64,000 bases of DNA from Terrimicrobiaceae bacterium (GTDB taxonomy: Bacteria > Verrucomicrobiota > Verrucomicrobiia > Chthoniobacterales > Terrimicrobiaceae), in contig JBGSVZ010000031.1 of NCBI GenBank assembly GCA_041752695.1, positions 125,229 to 189,228 on the forward strand, written 5' to 3'. Positions 36,186 to 45,993 of the stretch are shown one piece after another; the stretch's first letter is position 1; each line of letters opens with the position of its first letter. The notes beneath the pieces are model-generated. The model saw only the letters and a program-made list of their open reading frames with translations. It was not told where the DNA came from and made no database searches. The translations under genes were made by a program, and so were the position numbers.

Positions 36186-37637
36186 TTAAAGCACCCGCCG
36201 CACGGCGTTGGTCCAGCCCTCGTGCCATTGCGTCACAAGGACCGGATCTCTTTGCGGCCGATAGGTGGTGGTTTCCCTTGCGGCATGCCGAAGGTCGCTC
36301 ACTTCCCGAAGACCCAGACCGAGCAGGCCATTCATGGCGGCACCCCAGGCGGAACTTTCCGCAACCTCGGAAACGATGATTTCCGCCCCGGTGATGTCGG
36401 CGGTGAACTGCATGAGAAAGCGATTTTTGGTGGGTCCTCCGTCGGACTGCAGGGAGCGCAGTTCGACTCCGGTTCCGGTGCGAATCATGTCGAGCACGTC
36501 CCGGATTTGGTAGGAAATGGATTCAAGCCCCGCGCGAACGACATGGGCCTTGGTGGTGTGGGCGGTCATCCCGTGGATGGCCGCGCGGGCGGAGGCGCTC
36601 CAATGCGGCGCTCCCAGGCCGGCAAACGCCGGTACCAGATACACGCCCCCATTGTCGGGCACGGATCGCACGATCTGCTCCACGTCGTCCTCTTCGCGGA
36701 TCAGGCCCAGTTGATTTTTTAGCCAGGAGATTGTGGCGGCGGAAAAGTTGATCAGCCCTTCCCAAGCGTAGATGGGATTTTGCTGGCGGACCCAGGCGAG
36801 GGCGGTGACGGCTCCCCGTGGCGCCAGGAGAAACTTTTCGCCGACATTCAGCATCACGCTGGTACCCGTGCCAAAGGTCGCTTTCGCGCAACCAGGGTCG
36901 AAACACCTCTGCGCAAAGAGGGACGCCTGGGAGTCTCCCATCACGCCGGTGAGGGGGATTTCTTTTCCGGTGATGGTTGTCGTCCCAAAAATTGCCGAGC
37001 TTTCCCGCACCTCCGGCAAGGCCCGCATTGGCACATGAAAAAGCCCGCACAGTTCCGCGTCCCAACGCAACGTGCTGATGTCAAAAAGCAGCGTGCGGCT
37101 GGCATTGGTGAAGTCCGTGGCGAAAACCTCGCCATTGGTCAAACGATGCAGCAGGAAGGTGTCGATGGTGCCGATGACCGCTTCGCCCGAATGCAATTTC
37201 GCGGCAATGTCCGGCCGCTTTTCCATCAACCAGCGGATTTTGGAGGCCGAGAAATAGGTGTCGATCGGAAGCCCGGTTTTTCGGCGGACGGAGGTGTCAT
37301 GGCCGGCTTCCCGCAGGCTCCGGCAAATGCTCTCTCCCCGACCGCACTGCCAGACCATGGCATGGTGGAGAGGTTTCCCCGTCGCCCGCTCGAACACCAG
37401 GATGGTCTCGCGTTGGTTGGTGAGACTCAGAGCGTCGATGTCCGCTTGGCAGGCCGCGATCTCGCCGACCACGGTCTGGACGTTCTGCCAGATTTCTTCG
37501 GCATCATGTTCGACCCAGCCCGGTTGCGGATAGATCTGGCGATGCTCACGCGTCGCTTTGGCGAGCACGCGGCCTTTTTCGTCAAAGAGCACCGCCTTGG
37601 TGGCGGAAGTGCTCTGGTCGAGGGAGAGAATGGCCAT
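36186..37637 (-). CDS. FGGY-family carbohydrate kinase (glycerol-kinase-like; possibly apulose kinase)
   Basis: LDQSTSATK, PGWVEHD, TNQRET, TDFTNASRT, GDSQAS and VPAFAGLGAPHW. Confidence 0.9.
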   Translation of the reverse strand: MAILSLDQSTSATKAVLFDEKGRVLAKATREHRQIYPQPGWVEHDAEEIWQNVQTVVGEIAACQADIDALSLTNQRETILVFERATGKPLHHAMVWQCGRGESICRSLREAGHDTSVRRKTGLPIDTYFSASKIRWLMEKRPDIAAKLHSGEAVIGTIDTFLLHRLTNGEVFATDFTNASRTLLFDISTLRWDAELCGLFHVPMRALPEVRESSAIFGTTTITGKEIPLTGVMGDSQASLFAQRCFDPGCAKATFGTGTSVMLNVGEKFLLAPRGAVTALAWVRQQNPIYAWEGLINFSAATISWLKNQLGLIREEDDVEQIVRSVPDNGGVYLVPAFAGLGAPHWSASARAAIHGMTAHTTKAHVVRAGLESISYQIRDVLDMIRTGTGVELRSLQSDGGPTKNRFLMQFTADITGAEIIVSEVAESSAWGAAMNGLLGLGLREVSDLRHAARETTTYRPQRDPVLVTQWHEGWTNAVRRVL

Positions 37638-37640
37638 GGA

Positions 37641-38654
37641 CTACAAGGTGTTGATGGGATCGAGGAGGTCCAAGGCCAATCCCGCGAGGCCTTCCATCGA
37701 GATTCCATAATGCCGAAAAATATCCGCCTGGGAGCCGGTGACCGTGTCTTCGTCGGGTATGCCCACAATGCGAAACGGCACGCTGACCCCCGCTTGCAGG
37801 ATGCTGGCGGCGCACGCTTCGCCGAGTCCGCCGTGGACGAGATGTTCCTCCACGGTGATGACGGCCCGGCACTCACGCGCCGCGGCGACGACCGCCGTCT
37901 GGTCAAGTGGCCTCAGGGTGGGCACGCTGATGACGCGGGTGGAAAGGTCCTGCTCCTCCAAAAATCCGGCCGCAAGCAAGGCATGTACGACGGTCTCGCC
38001 GGTGGCGAGAAAGGCGACGTCTGTCCCGGCGCGGAGGGTGAGGCTTTTGCCGACCTCGAAGGTTGTGCCGGGCGCATGCAAATCGTACATCGCGGCTTTG
38101 CCGAAACGCACGTACACCGGCCGCTCGGCCGTCGCGGCGAACTGGATGGCTTCGCGGGTTTCGAAGTTATCGGCCGGAACGAGGAGGGTAAGGTTGGGGA
38201 TGGCGCGGAGGGCGGCAAGATCGTGCAGGGAATGGTGGGTGCTGCCGAGCGCACCGTAGCTTACTCCGGCGCTGATGCCGACGACCACGGCGGGAACATC
38301 CGAGTAGCAAATGTCGTTTTTGATCTGCTCCAGCGACCGCGCGGTGAGAAAGCAGGCTGGCGACACCCCGAAGGCCTTCTTGCCGCTGGCCGCCAGTCCG
38401 GCCGTGACGCCGACCAGGTTTTGCTCGGCAATGCCCACTTCCACCATCTGCCCCGGCAGGGCCTGGCCAAACGGAGCAAGCTTGCCGGATCCGCGGGAGT
38501 CGCTGGTGACAACCACGATGTTCGGGTCCGCCACGGCCAGCCGCTGCAGCGTGTCGGCAAATTCCTCCAGGTTGGCCCGGCCTTTTTTTAACCCGAGCTT
38601 TTTCAGCATCGCCGCTGCGGCGGGGGAAAAGAGGGATGGAGCGGCAGCACTCAT
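37641..38654 (-). CDS. Transketolase C-terminal (pyrimidine-binding) subunit
   Basis: EVGIAEQN, GSTHHS and TVEEHLVHGGLG; ATG 38654 overlaps the upstream stop. Confidence 0.92.
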   Translation of the reverse strand: MSAAAPSLFSPAAAAMLKKLGLKKGRANLEEFADTLQRLAVADPNIVVVTSDSRGSGKLAPFGQALPGQMVEVGIAEQNLVGVTAGLAASGKKAFGVSPACFLTARSLEQIKNDICYSDVPAVVVGISAGVSYGALGSTHHSLHDLAALRAIPNLTLLVPADNFETREAIQFAATAERPVYVRFGKAAMYDLHAPGTTFEVGKSLTLRAGTDVAFLATGETVVHALLAAGFLEEQDLSTRVISVPTLRPLDQTAVVAAARECRAVITVEEHLVHGGLGEACAASILQAGVSVPFRIVGIPDEDTVTGSQADIFRHYGISMEGLAGLALDLLDPINTL

Positions 38655-39457
38655 TCGCCGAGTTCCTCGAGGGCCTGGTTGAGTTCCGACTCGCTCGGCA
38701 CGCCGTGATGCCATTTTCCGACGTTTTCCATAAAGCTGACGCCCTTGCCTTTGATGGTGTGGGCCAGGACAAAAAGAGGTTTTCCCGCGGGTGGTGGGGC
38801 GCTGAGTGCGGCGGTGAGTTCTGCGTAATCGTGACCGTTGACGGAACGCACTTCCCAGCCGAAGGCGCGCCATTTCTCTTCCAGGGGGGCGTTGTTCATC
38901 ACCTCCTGTGTCGGCCCGGTAATCTGGAGGGTGTTGTGGTCAAGAATGGCAACGAGGTTGTCGAGTCGGTAGTGGGCTGCAGCCATGGCGGCCTCCCAGT
39001 TTGACCCTTCCGCGAGTTCCCCGTCGCCCAGCAGGGTGAAAACGCGGGATGTGGTGCCGTCCATCTTCGCGGCGAGCGCCATGCCGAGACATATGGGAAG
39101 ACCGTGGCCTAGAGCACCGGTGTTCATTTCGATGCCGGGAATTTTGCGGGTGGGGTGGCCGACGTAGGGGCTCTGGAACTGACAGACCGTGTCGAGATGA
39201 GCATCCGGAAAAAAACCCCGGTCGGCCAGGACCGTGTAGAGGGCCTCCACGCAGTGACCCTTGCTTTGCACGTAACGGTCGCGCCGGGGATCGTTAACTG
39301 TCTCGGGAGAAATGCGCAGGACGCGATTGTAGAGCACATTCAGGATGTCCAGGCAGGAAAGCCCTCCCCCCGTATGGCCGGCTCCCGCCCGGGCGATGAG
39401 CCGCAGCATGCGCCGGCGCAATTGGACGGCTTTGCGCGTGAGTTCGTGATCCGTCAT
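38651..39457 (-). CDS. Transketolase N-terminal (TPP-binding) subunit
   Basis: GHTGGGLS, SKGH, TGALGHG, GDGELAEGSNWEA and TIKGKG. Confidence 0.93.
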   Translation of the reverse strand: MTDHELTRKAVQLRRRMLRLIARAGAGHTGGGLSCLDILNVLYNRVLRISPETVNDPRRDRYVQSKGHCVEALYTVLADRGFFPDAHLDTVCQFQSPYVGHPTRKIPGIEMNTGALGHGLPICLGMALAAKMDGTTSRVFTLLGDGELAEGSNWEAAMAAAHYRLDNLVAILDHNTLQITGPTQEVMNNAPLEEKWRAFGWEVRSVNGHDYAELTAALSAPPPAGKPLFVLAHTIKGKGVSFMENVGKWHHGVPSESELNQALEELGE

Positions 39458-40872
39458 TGCGGATTGTGCTGATAGACCTCCCATCCGAGGTAGTTTCCGA
39501 GGGCTTCGGTGAGAATTTCCGCGCTGTGCGAAACGGTCATGACCACATGGTGTTCGAACCCTTCGTTGCAGACATGGTGCATGAGCTTTTGCAATTGGGG
39601 AACATGGGCGACCGCGCGATTGCCGAACGTTTCCAGCGGGTCGTCGGTGAGACGGCCTTCGCCGACATAGACCCGAATTTTTCCCTCGGTGTCAGCGGTG
39701 GTGATGCGGCCGTAGGTGAGCGGACCGGCGGGCGTGCGACCGTCAAGGGCCCCGTACGTGTTTTCCACTCCGACACTGGTGCCGAGAATCGGCGCCGTCG
39801 CAATTTTGATGTCCGGCAGAAACGATTTGGCCCAGTTGCCGCAGTGAAAAAGGACACACTTGTCATCGTCGCCGGCGTAGTTGTTGTTCCAATCCACCAA
39901 GGCGGCCGGGGTGTTGCCGGCGAGTTGCATGGCGTACATGGTGAGTACGCCGGTCACATCCACCTCGCAGGCGCTCGGGAGAAATTTTTCACTCATCATA
40001 CTCATGAGGGTGCAGACGTTGCATCCGTAGTTTTCCTGCACCGAGGTCCAGCATTGCAGGGCGGTGGCGTCGAGGGCGTTGGCCGCAATCCACTCTTCGA
40101 GGGCGACGCCCATTTTGGCCATCTGCACGAGCTTTTCCCCCGGGACCCCCGGCGCGGGCGCGTAGCCTTTGATCTCGGCAAGCTTGGCGGCCACGGCGGG
40201 CACGGAGAGGTCGAGTTTGTTGGCTTTGCCGATCATCTCGGAGAGGTCCACGGTGGTGACGCTGATGCCGTGGCGCTCGAGAAGTTTTTCGGAATATCGC
40301 ACGGTATTAAATGCGCCAGGGCGCGCCCCGACCGCTCCCAGCCGCACGCCGCGCAGCCCGTTGACCACACGGCAGACGCCGAGAAATTTGGACAGGTCGG
40401 CGCGGAATGACGCCGAGTCCGGGTGGCTGACGTGTTTGGTCGTGAGCGTAAACGGAATGCCGGCCTGCTTCAGGTTGTTGCAGACCGAGATCTTGCCGCA
40501 AAACGCATCGCGGCGGCGCTCGACGTGAAGTTTGTTGAGATCGTCGGGGTACCCCTGGATGAGGATGGGTTTGTTCAACCCGGCCATCTTCAAGGTATCG
40601 GCCACCCCCTTCTCATCGCCGAAGTTCGGCAGGCAGACGAGGATACCGTCGATTTCCGCCGCGTGGTTCCGGAAAAGTTCGGCGCACTTGCGGGCGTCGG
40701 CATGCGTCTCGACGCCGCCGAGTTTCGAATCGGTTTCGGCCAGTTGAATGGCCTTGATGCCGTTTTCGTGGAAAAGCGCGGCGATGTCGGCGCGGGCTTC
40801 GGTGATCAGGTGGTCGGGAAAAAAATCACGGTTCCCGTAGAGGACAGCAAGAGTGGGCGATGGGGGAGGCAT
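39454..40872 (-). CDS. L-fucose/L-arabinose isomerase family protein
   Basis: LPNFGDE, RRDAFCGK, ACEVD, FHCGN and GFEHH. Confidence 0.85.
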   Translation of the reverse strand: MPPPSPTLAVLYGNRDFFPDHLITEARADIAALFHENGIKAIQLAETDSKLGGVETHADARKCAELFRNHAAEIDGILVCLPNFGDEKGVADTLKMAGLNKPILIQGYPDDLNKLHVERRRDAFCGKISVCNNLKQAGIPFTLTTKHVSHPDSASFRADLSKFLGVCRVVNGLRGVRLGAVGARPGAFNTVRYSEKLLERHGISVTTVDLSEMIGKANKLDLSVPAVAAKLAEIKGYAPAPGVPGEKLVQMAKMGVALEEWIAANALDATALQCWTSVQENYGCNVCTLMSMMSEKFLPSACEVDVTGVLTMYAMQLAGNTPAALVDWNNNYAGDDDKCVLFHCGNWAKSFLPDIKIATAPILGTSVGVENTYGALDGRTPAGPLTYGRITTADTEGKIRVYVGEGRLTDDPLETFGNRAVAHVPQLQKLMHHVCNEGFEHHVVMTVSHSAEILTEALGNYLGWEVYQHNPQ

Positions 40873-40998
40873 GGTGGTGGCTGGACATTTGTCTTACCCG
40901 GGTTCGTCGGGTTTGGCGAGACTGAGGCCGCGGAATTTGTCTTCGCGGCCGCACGCTGGGCAGGTTGGGGAGGCGGGGTGGAACGGGAGACCGGGATG

Positions 40999-42453
40999 TC
41001 AGTCCGCCGCAAATGCCCGGCGGGCCAGGTCTTCGAATTTTGTGTCAATCGTGGTGCCGTCCGGGAGTTTCCGCGAGGGGATTCCGGAACGGAGGTTGTT
41101 CGCCCAACCGAGACTGTCCTTCATGGTGTAAAACGCCCAGCCAAGGCCGAGGTCCTGCCACACCGTGAGGCAGTCGGAAAGGTAGGCGAGCGAGGCCTCG
41201 TGGGGAGTTTGGTTATGGCAGCCAAACTCCTGCACCATCACGGGCGTGCCTTTTTCCAGCAGCGGTTTCCAAGCGTGAGCAATCCGGTTGTGCAGCCACT
41301 GGCGGTCGAACTGCCGGTCGGCGAAAAGACCTCGCGCCGCGTCAAATTGGAGGACGGCCGACTGCGGCTCCCACTCGGTGGAGCCGGGGATGATTTTCCA
41401 GGTCTGGGTGGGGGTCGCGAGGGCGATCTCCCGCATCGTGAGGCGTTCCCCATCGGTCACCATCAGCCGGAGTTCCTGAACGCCGGCCGGAATCGGCAAG
41501 CGGATTTCCTGGTCAAGCCAGCCTTCGGAGAATTCCAGCCGGCAAAGTTCGCGGCCGTCTCCGGTCACTCTGAGCCCAATGCGGCCCGGCCCGGCCTCGC
41601 CGAGGCGAACGACCAATTGGGAGTCGGGCGGAAACGGTCCCCGGATCACCAGGGGGGAATGAGGCGCCTGGCTGGGGCCGAAGAGTTTTTCGGTAAATCC
41701 TGGAGCTGGCCAGCCGGTGGGTCGCGGAAGTCGATAGCCGCCATGCTCCAGCCAGGAGGCACCATAGTGCGTGAAGGCGGAGGGTTCGTAGCAGTGGAGG
41801 GCCTGGGCCACCTTGGGCAGGTCGGCCAGACTCATCACGGGCTGCGTGCCGCATTTTAGGCCATCGACAAAAATCCAGCGATCCGGGCTGGTGGCGTGAA
41901 TCGCAGCGATGGCGCGCCGCATGAGCGGGGCGTATTCGTCCTCGGTCACGTCCCAGGCGGGCTCGTTGAGGAGGTTAAAGCTGAGCGCTTCGGGAGGGGT
42001 GCCGCGGTACCGCTCAGCGAGCATTTGCCAGAGAGCGATGAAATTCTTCTGCATGGATTCATCTGTCCAAAGCCCCGGCGACTGTTTCGGCTCGGCAATG
42101 GTGTAGCCTGGCGTGGCAAACAGGTTCAGGCAGATGTGCAGCCCGTATAAACGTCCCCACGCGACCGCTTCGTCGATCTCCCGGAGTTTTGTTTCGTCGA
42201 CCTGGGAAGGGTCGCCGTCCTTCGTGAGAAAGACATACGAGACGGGCAAGCGGACGAAGTTGGCGCCAAGGCTGGCCAGATATCGGAAATCGCTCTCGCG
42301 ATATTTGCCGGAATTGTAGGTCCCCTGTTTGTCGGTAAGTCCCGCCCCGCGCAGTGCGGATATTTTGAGTTCTGCAAAGGCGGCGGGCAGACCGACAATC
42401 AGTCCGAGCAGCGCAGCGAGAGCCCGTGAGGAGGAGAAGCAGGAGAGTTTCAT
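40999..42453 (-). CDS. Secreted GH5 (cellulase family) with an internal insertion domain
   Basis: Signal peptide, NFVRLPV, FNLLNEP, HCYEP and VQEFG. Confidence 0.85.
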   Translation of the reverse strand: MKLSCFSSSRALAALLGLIVGLPAAFAELKISALRGAGLTDKQGTYNSGKYRESDFRYLASLGANFVRLPVSYVFLTKDGDPSQVDETKLREIDEAVAWGRLYGLHICLNLFATPGYTIAEPKQSPGLWTDESMQKNFIALWQMLAERYRGTPPEALSFNLLNEPAWDVTEDEYAPLMRRAIAAIHATSPDRWIFVDGLKCGTQPVMSLADLPKVAQALHCYEPSAFTHYGASWLEHGGYRLPRPTGWPAPGFTEKLFGPSQAPHSPLVIRGPFPPDSQLVVRLGEAGPGRIGLRVTGDGRELCRLEFSEGWLDQEIRLPIPAGVQELRLMVTDGERLTMREIALATPTQTWKIIPGSTEWEPQSAVLQFDAARGLFADRQFDRQWLHNRIAHAWKPLLEKGTPVMVQEFGCHNQTPHEASLAYLSDCLTVWQDLGLGWAFYTMKDSLGWANNLRSGIPSRKLPDGTTIDTKFEDLARRAFAAD

Positions 42454-42498
42454 GCGGAGTTCCTGGCACGGACGGCGGGGCGCGGCAGTCCCCCGCAT

Positions 42499-42828
42499 TT
42501 AGCGGGCCGGTTCGATCACCACGGCCGTTCCGTAGCAGAGAACTTCCGTGGCGGAGTCCTGGCTGCCGACTTCGGACGCGTCGTAGCGCACGCCGACGAT
42601 GGCATTGGCACCGAGTTGCTCCGCGTGCTGCAACATTGCGTCGTAGGCGTGCTGGCGGGCCTGCTCACACATTTCTGCGTAAGCGCCGATCTTGCCGCCA
42701 ATGATGCTTTTCAGGCCGCCCAGTAAACCCTGCGCAATGGTGGGTGAGCGGACGGTGATCCCGCGGACCAGGCCTTTGTATTCCGCGATCCGGTATCCTT
42801 CGACGTCGAGGGTGGTGGTGACGATCAT
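42499..42828 (-). CDS. YbjQ/UPF0145 family protein
   Basis: MIVTTT...GLVRG...LGANAIVGVRYD...YGTAV. Confidence 0.92.
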   Translation of the reverse strand: MIVTTTLDVEGYRIAEYKGLVRGITVRSPTIAQGLLGGLKSIIGGKIGAYAEMCEQARQHAYDAMLQHAEQLGANAIVGVRYDASEVGSQDSATEVLCYGTAVVIEPAR

Positions 42829-43337
42829 AGTTTTTCCTGGGCGGCCGTCAGTCGGTCGTACAAGGGCCGCAGGCCCTCGGGAATGACGCGGACTCCACTG
42901 GTGACCGTCATAAAATTGGCATCACCGGCCCAGCGCGGCACGATGTGCAGGTGCAGGTAGTCCTCGACTCCCGCCCCCGCGGCTTTGCCGATGTTCCAGC
43001 CGATATTAAATCCCTGGGCCTTCACGCATTCCCGGAGGAGCCGTTGGGCGTGGATGCAAAGCTGCCAGATTTCCAGGATTTCGGATTCCAAGAGGTCCGC
43101 CATGTCGGCGACTTTTCGGTAGGGCACCGCCATGAGATGGCCCGCGGAATACGGGAATTTGTTCATGATGAGGAAGGCGCATTTTTTCCGGGTGACAACG
43201 AGGTGCTCGGCGTCGTTGCTGGCCTGCGCGGCCTCCGTCAAAAAATCCGTTCCGGTCGTGGGTTGGGCCTGAAAATATTCCACGCGCCAGGGGGCCCAGA
43301 GGGATTCAAGGTGGGCTTTGGGAAAATCTTCGCTCAT
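42825..43337 (-). CDS. HIT-family hydrolase
   Basis: LWAPWR, NKFPYSAGHLM, GFNIG and LHLHIVPRW. Confidence 0.9.
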   Translation of the reverse strand: MSEDFPKAHLESLWAPWRVEYFQAQPTTGTDFLTEAAQASNDAEHLVVTRKKCAFLIMNKFPYSAGHLMAVPYRKVADMADLLESEILEIWQLCIHAQRLLRECVKAQGFNIGWNIGKAAGAGVEDYLHLHIVPRWAGDANFMTVTSGVRVIPEGLRPLYDRLTAAQEKL

Positions 43338-44809
43338 GTCGTGGTCTCGATGGTGTAGGTGCGCACTGTTTGGGCTTTGCCCTTGACGGAGATTTCGCCG
43401 CAGGGGCGGAAGGGGAACTGGCTGCGGGCGGCCACAAAAGTGTACTCACTGACGAGAATATCCACGTCGTGATCCCGGGTGGCGTGTTCCAGCCGTGAGG
43501 CCAGATTCACGGAGTCACCGATGGCCGTGTATTCCATGCGTTGTTTCGAACCAATGTTTCCGACAATGGCAAGGCCTGTGTTGATACCAATGCCGATCCG
43601 GAGTTCGATGAGACCATGACGGGATTTGTCCTGGGAGGCGGACCATTTCTTTTGCAGGTCATGAAGAACATTTCGCATGTCGAGTGCAGCCTGGATGGCG
43701 TGCTCTTCCTGATAGTCGTCGTCGCGCAGGGCCCCAAAAAGGGCCATCAGGCCGTCGCCCATAAATTTGTTGAGGTGGCCGTTGTTCTTGAAGACCGCTT
43801 CGATCATTTTTTCAAAATAATCGTTAAGTAGTGAAACGGTTTCCTCCGGACTGAGTTGCTCGGAGAGGCTGGTAAACCCGCGCACGTCCGCGAAAAGGAT
43901 CGTCACCTTTTTCCGGTTGCTGAAAAGGTCGCCGGATTTTCCCGCGTAAATCACTTCGTGAAGGATGTCTTCCGAAACATACTTGGTCAGGGCACTTTTC
44001 AGGTCCTCCCTCTGCTGGAGGCCCACCGCCATCTTGTCCAGAGCGCTGGCCACCTCGCCGAATTCATCGCGGGAAGCGACCTCCACTTTGCGGGAAAAGT
44101 CTCCCGCGGAGATTCGTTCAACGGCGCTGCGGATGGCATCGAGGGGACGGGAGATGCGATTGGCGGCGATGCTGGCAAGAATGTAAGCGGCAATGAGGGA
44201 AATCGCCAGTGCCAGCGCACCGCGATAGAGCAACCCCTGCAGCCGCCCGAGGGCTTCCGTGGCACTCACATCCACGCCGACGGCGCCAATCACATCGCCC
44301 TCGGTAGTGCGGATGGGAGCATTGGCGGTGAGCCAGGTGCCCCACTGGTCGGTCACAAATCCCTCGTCCGCCTGATAGTCATTAAATCGGACGCGGTAGT
44401 TCGGGTTGTCGGTTTTGTAAATGTCGCCCACGTTCGATTTGTCGACGCCATCCTCTTCCGCATCCACGACGAATTCCGCGATCTTGGGATCTTTTGCGTA
44501 GGGGCGCATCGAGTAGATAAACTTCACATCAATGTCCCGGCGGCGGTTGGCATCGCGGGCTCGGCGTAGTTGCTGTTCAAGGTCCCGGTAAGCCTGGCTT
44601 TCCTGATCGGCCCGGGTTTTCACGTCATTGTGTTTGGCCGGATCAATCATCGCTCCGGCCGTGGCCGCGACGGAAAGGACGTTGGTCTGCATCAGATCGA
44701 GAAACAGCGTTCGGGTGGGCCAGTACATAAACGCCACGACCAGAGAGCTGCTCAGAATCGCGAGCAGCAGGAAGAGGGTGAAAACCTTGGTTCGGAAACG
44801 CACCGGCAA
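43334..44809 (-). CDS. Membrane class III adenylate/guanylate cyclase with HAMP domain
   Basis: Two TM helices, HAMP (RDEFGEV), LFADVRGFT, KFMGDG and AIGDSVNLASRLE. Confidence 0.92.
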   Translation of the reverse strand: MPVRFRTKVFTLFLLLAILSSSLVVAFMYWPTRTLFLDLMQTNVLSVAATAGAMIDPAKHNDVKTRADQESQAYRDLEQQLRRARDANRRRDIDVKFIYSMRPYAKDPKIAEFVVDAEEDGVDKSNVGDIYKTDNPNYRVRFNDYQADEGFVTDQWGTWLTANAPIRTTEGDVIGAVGVDVSATEALGRLQGLLYRGALALAISLIAAYILASIAANRISRPLDAIRSAVERISAGDFSRKVEVASRDEFGEVASALDKMAVGLQQREDLKSALTKYVSEDILHEVIYAGKSGDLFSNRKKVTILFADVRGFTSLSEQLSPEETVSLLNDYFEKMIEAVFKNNGHLNKFMGDGLMALFGALRDDDYQEEHAIQAALDMRNVLHDLQKKWSASQDKSRHGLIELRIGIGINTGLAIVGNIGSKQRMEYTAIGDSVNLASRLEHATRDHDVDILVSEYTFVAARSQFPFRPCGEISVKGKAQTVRTYTIETTT

Positions 44810-44826
44810 GGCTGGAAGTCAGGAAA

Positions 44827-45993
44827 TCAGGCCAGATTGTCAAGCACAGCCTGTGCGGCGCGGCGGCTGGCGCCCTCGCCGTCGAGGGCGGCGACGATGG
44901 ATTGGACCTGGGAGATCAGTGCCAGTTGGGCCGGCTCGTCATCGAGAAGGCGGAGCGATTCTTCGGCCAGGGCCTCCGGGGTGGCGGCGTGCTGGATGAA
45001 TTCGCGGATAATGTGCGGCGCGGCCGCGGCAGGCAGTCGGGGATCGGGCGGCGGGTTTTTGCGGTAGTTGTTCAGGATGTTGATGATGCCCAGACAGTCC
45101 ACATCCACCAGCCGTTTTCCGACCTCGAAGGTCAGCCAGGCGACTTTGTAAATCAGGCAGTAGGGCAGGCCAAAATAAGCCGCTTCCAATGTCGCCGTGC
45201 CCGAGCAGACGACGCCGGCGGTCGCCCGCTGCATCAGTTCGTGAGCGGTGCCGCAGCGGATGGTGATGGGCAGCCCGGCGGCCATCTCCCGCATGCGGGC
45301 GGCGTGTTCCTCGCTGGCCGCGGCGGCTTCGAACCGGGTTTCCGGCCGTTTCGCCTGGATGATCCGGACGGCGGCAACCATGGTGGGAAAAATGCGGTTC
45401 ACCTCGCGCGAGCGGCTGCCGGGGAAAAGCCCGAGGAGATTGTCCTCGCGGTTCGCGGTCGTTTTGTCCCGGGCGAGAGATTCCAGCAGCGGGTGGCCCG
45501 TGAAAATGGTGTGCATTCCGCTGGCCTCGTACATCGGCTGCTCAAAGGGAAAGACACAGAGCATGAGGTCCAGGATCCGCGCCATTTTTTTAATCCGACC
45601 GCGGTTCCAAGCCCAGACCTGTGGACTTACATAATAGAGAGTCTTGCCCCGATACCCCTGACCGCGCAGGGACTTGGCGAGGCGCAAATTAAATCCGGGG
45701 TAATCCACGAAAAGCACGGCGTCGGGCTTTTCGAGTGCGATGTCCGCCAGCATGCGATGAAACTTGCGGCGGAAATAGGCGTAGTTTTTCAGCACGTCCC
45801 AGAGTCCAAGCACGCCGGCCTCCGCGATCCAGTTGTCGAAGGGTTTTTCCGCAAGAGCCTGCATCTTGGGACCACCCGCGCCGATGAATCTCGCCGCGGG
45901 GTTGATTTCCTGGATGCCGCGCATCAACTCGGCTCCCCGCGAATCGCCGCTGGCCTCGCCGGCGACCATCCAGATTTTGCGCGGCAGCTTCAT
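44827..45993 (-). CDS. lpxB: Lipid-A-disaccharide synthase
   Basis: VAGEASGD, DYPGFN, YYVSPQVWAW, LFPGSR and SGTATLE. Confidence 0.95.
   Translation of the reverse strand: MKLPRKIWMVAGEASGDSRGAELMRGIQEINPAARFIGAGGPKMQALAEKPFDNWIAEAGVLGLWDVLKNYAYFRRKFHRMLADIALEKPDAVLFVDYPGFNLRLAKSLRGQGYRGKTLYYVSPQVWAWNRGRIKKMARILDLMLCVFPFEQPMYEASGMHTIFTGHPLLESLARDKTTANREDNLLGLFPGSRSREVNRIFPTMVAAVRIIQAKRPETRFEAAAASEEHAARMREMAAGLPITIRCGTAHELMQRATAGVVCSGTATLEAAYFGLPYCLIYKVAWLTFEVGKRLVDVDCLGIINILNNYRKNPPPDPRLPAAAAPHIIREFIQHAATPEALAEESLRLLDDEPAQLALISQVQSIVAALDGEGASRRAAQAVLDNLA

Noticed and set aside
36780..38591. 603-aa + strand ORF (also 40423-41859 and 44902-46068)
   Set aside because: Antisense to well-supported genes in GC-rich DNA; no motifs.
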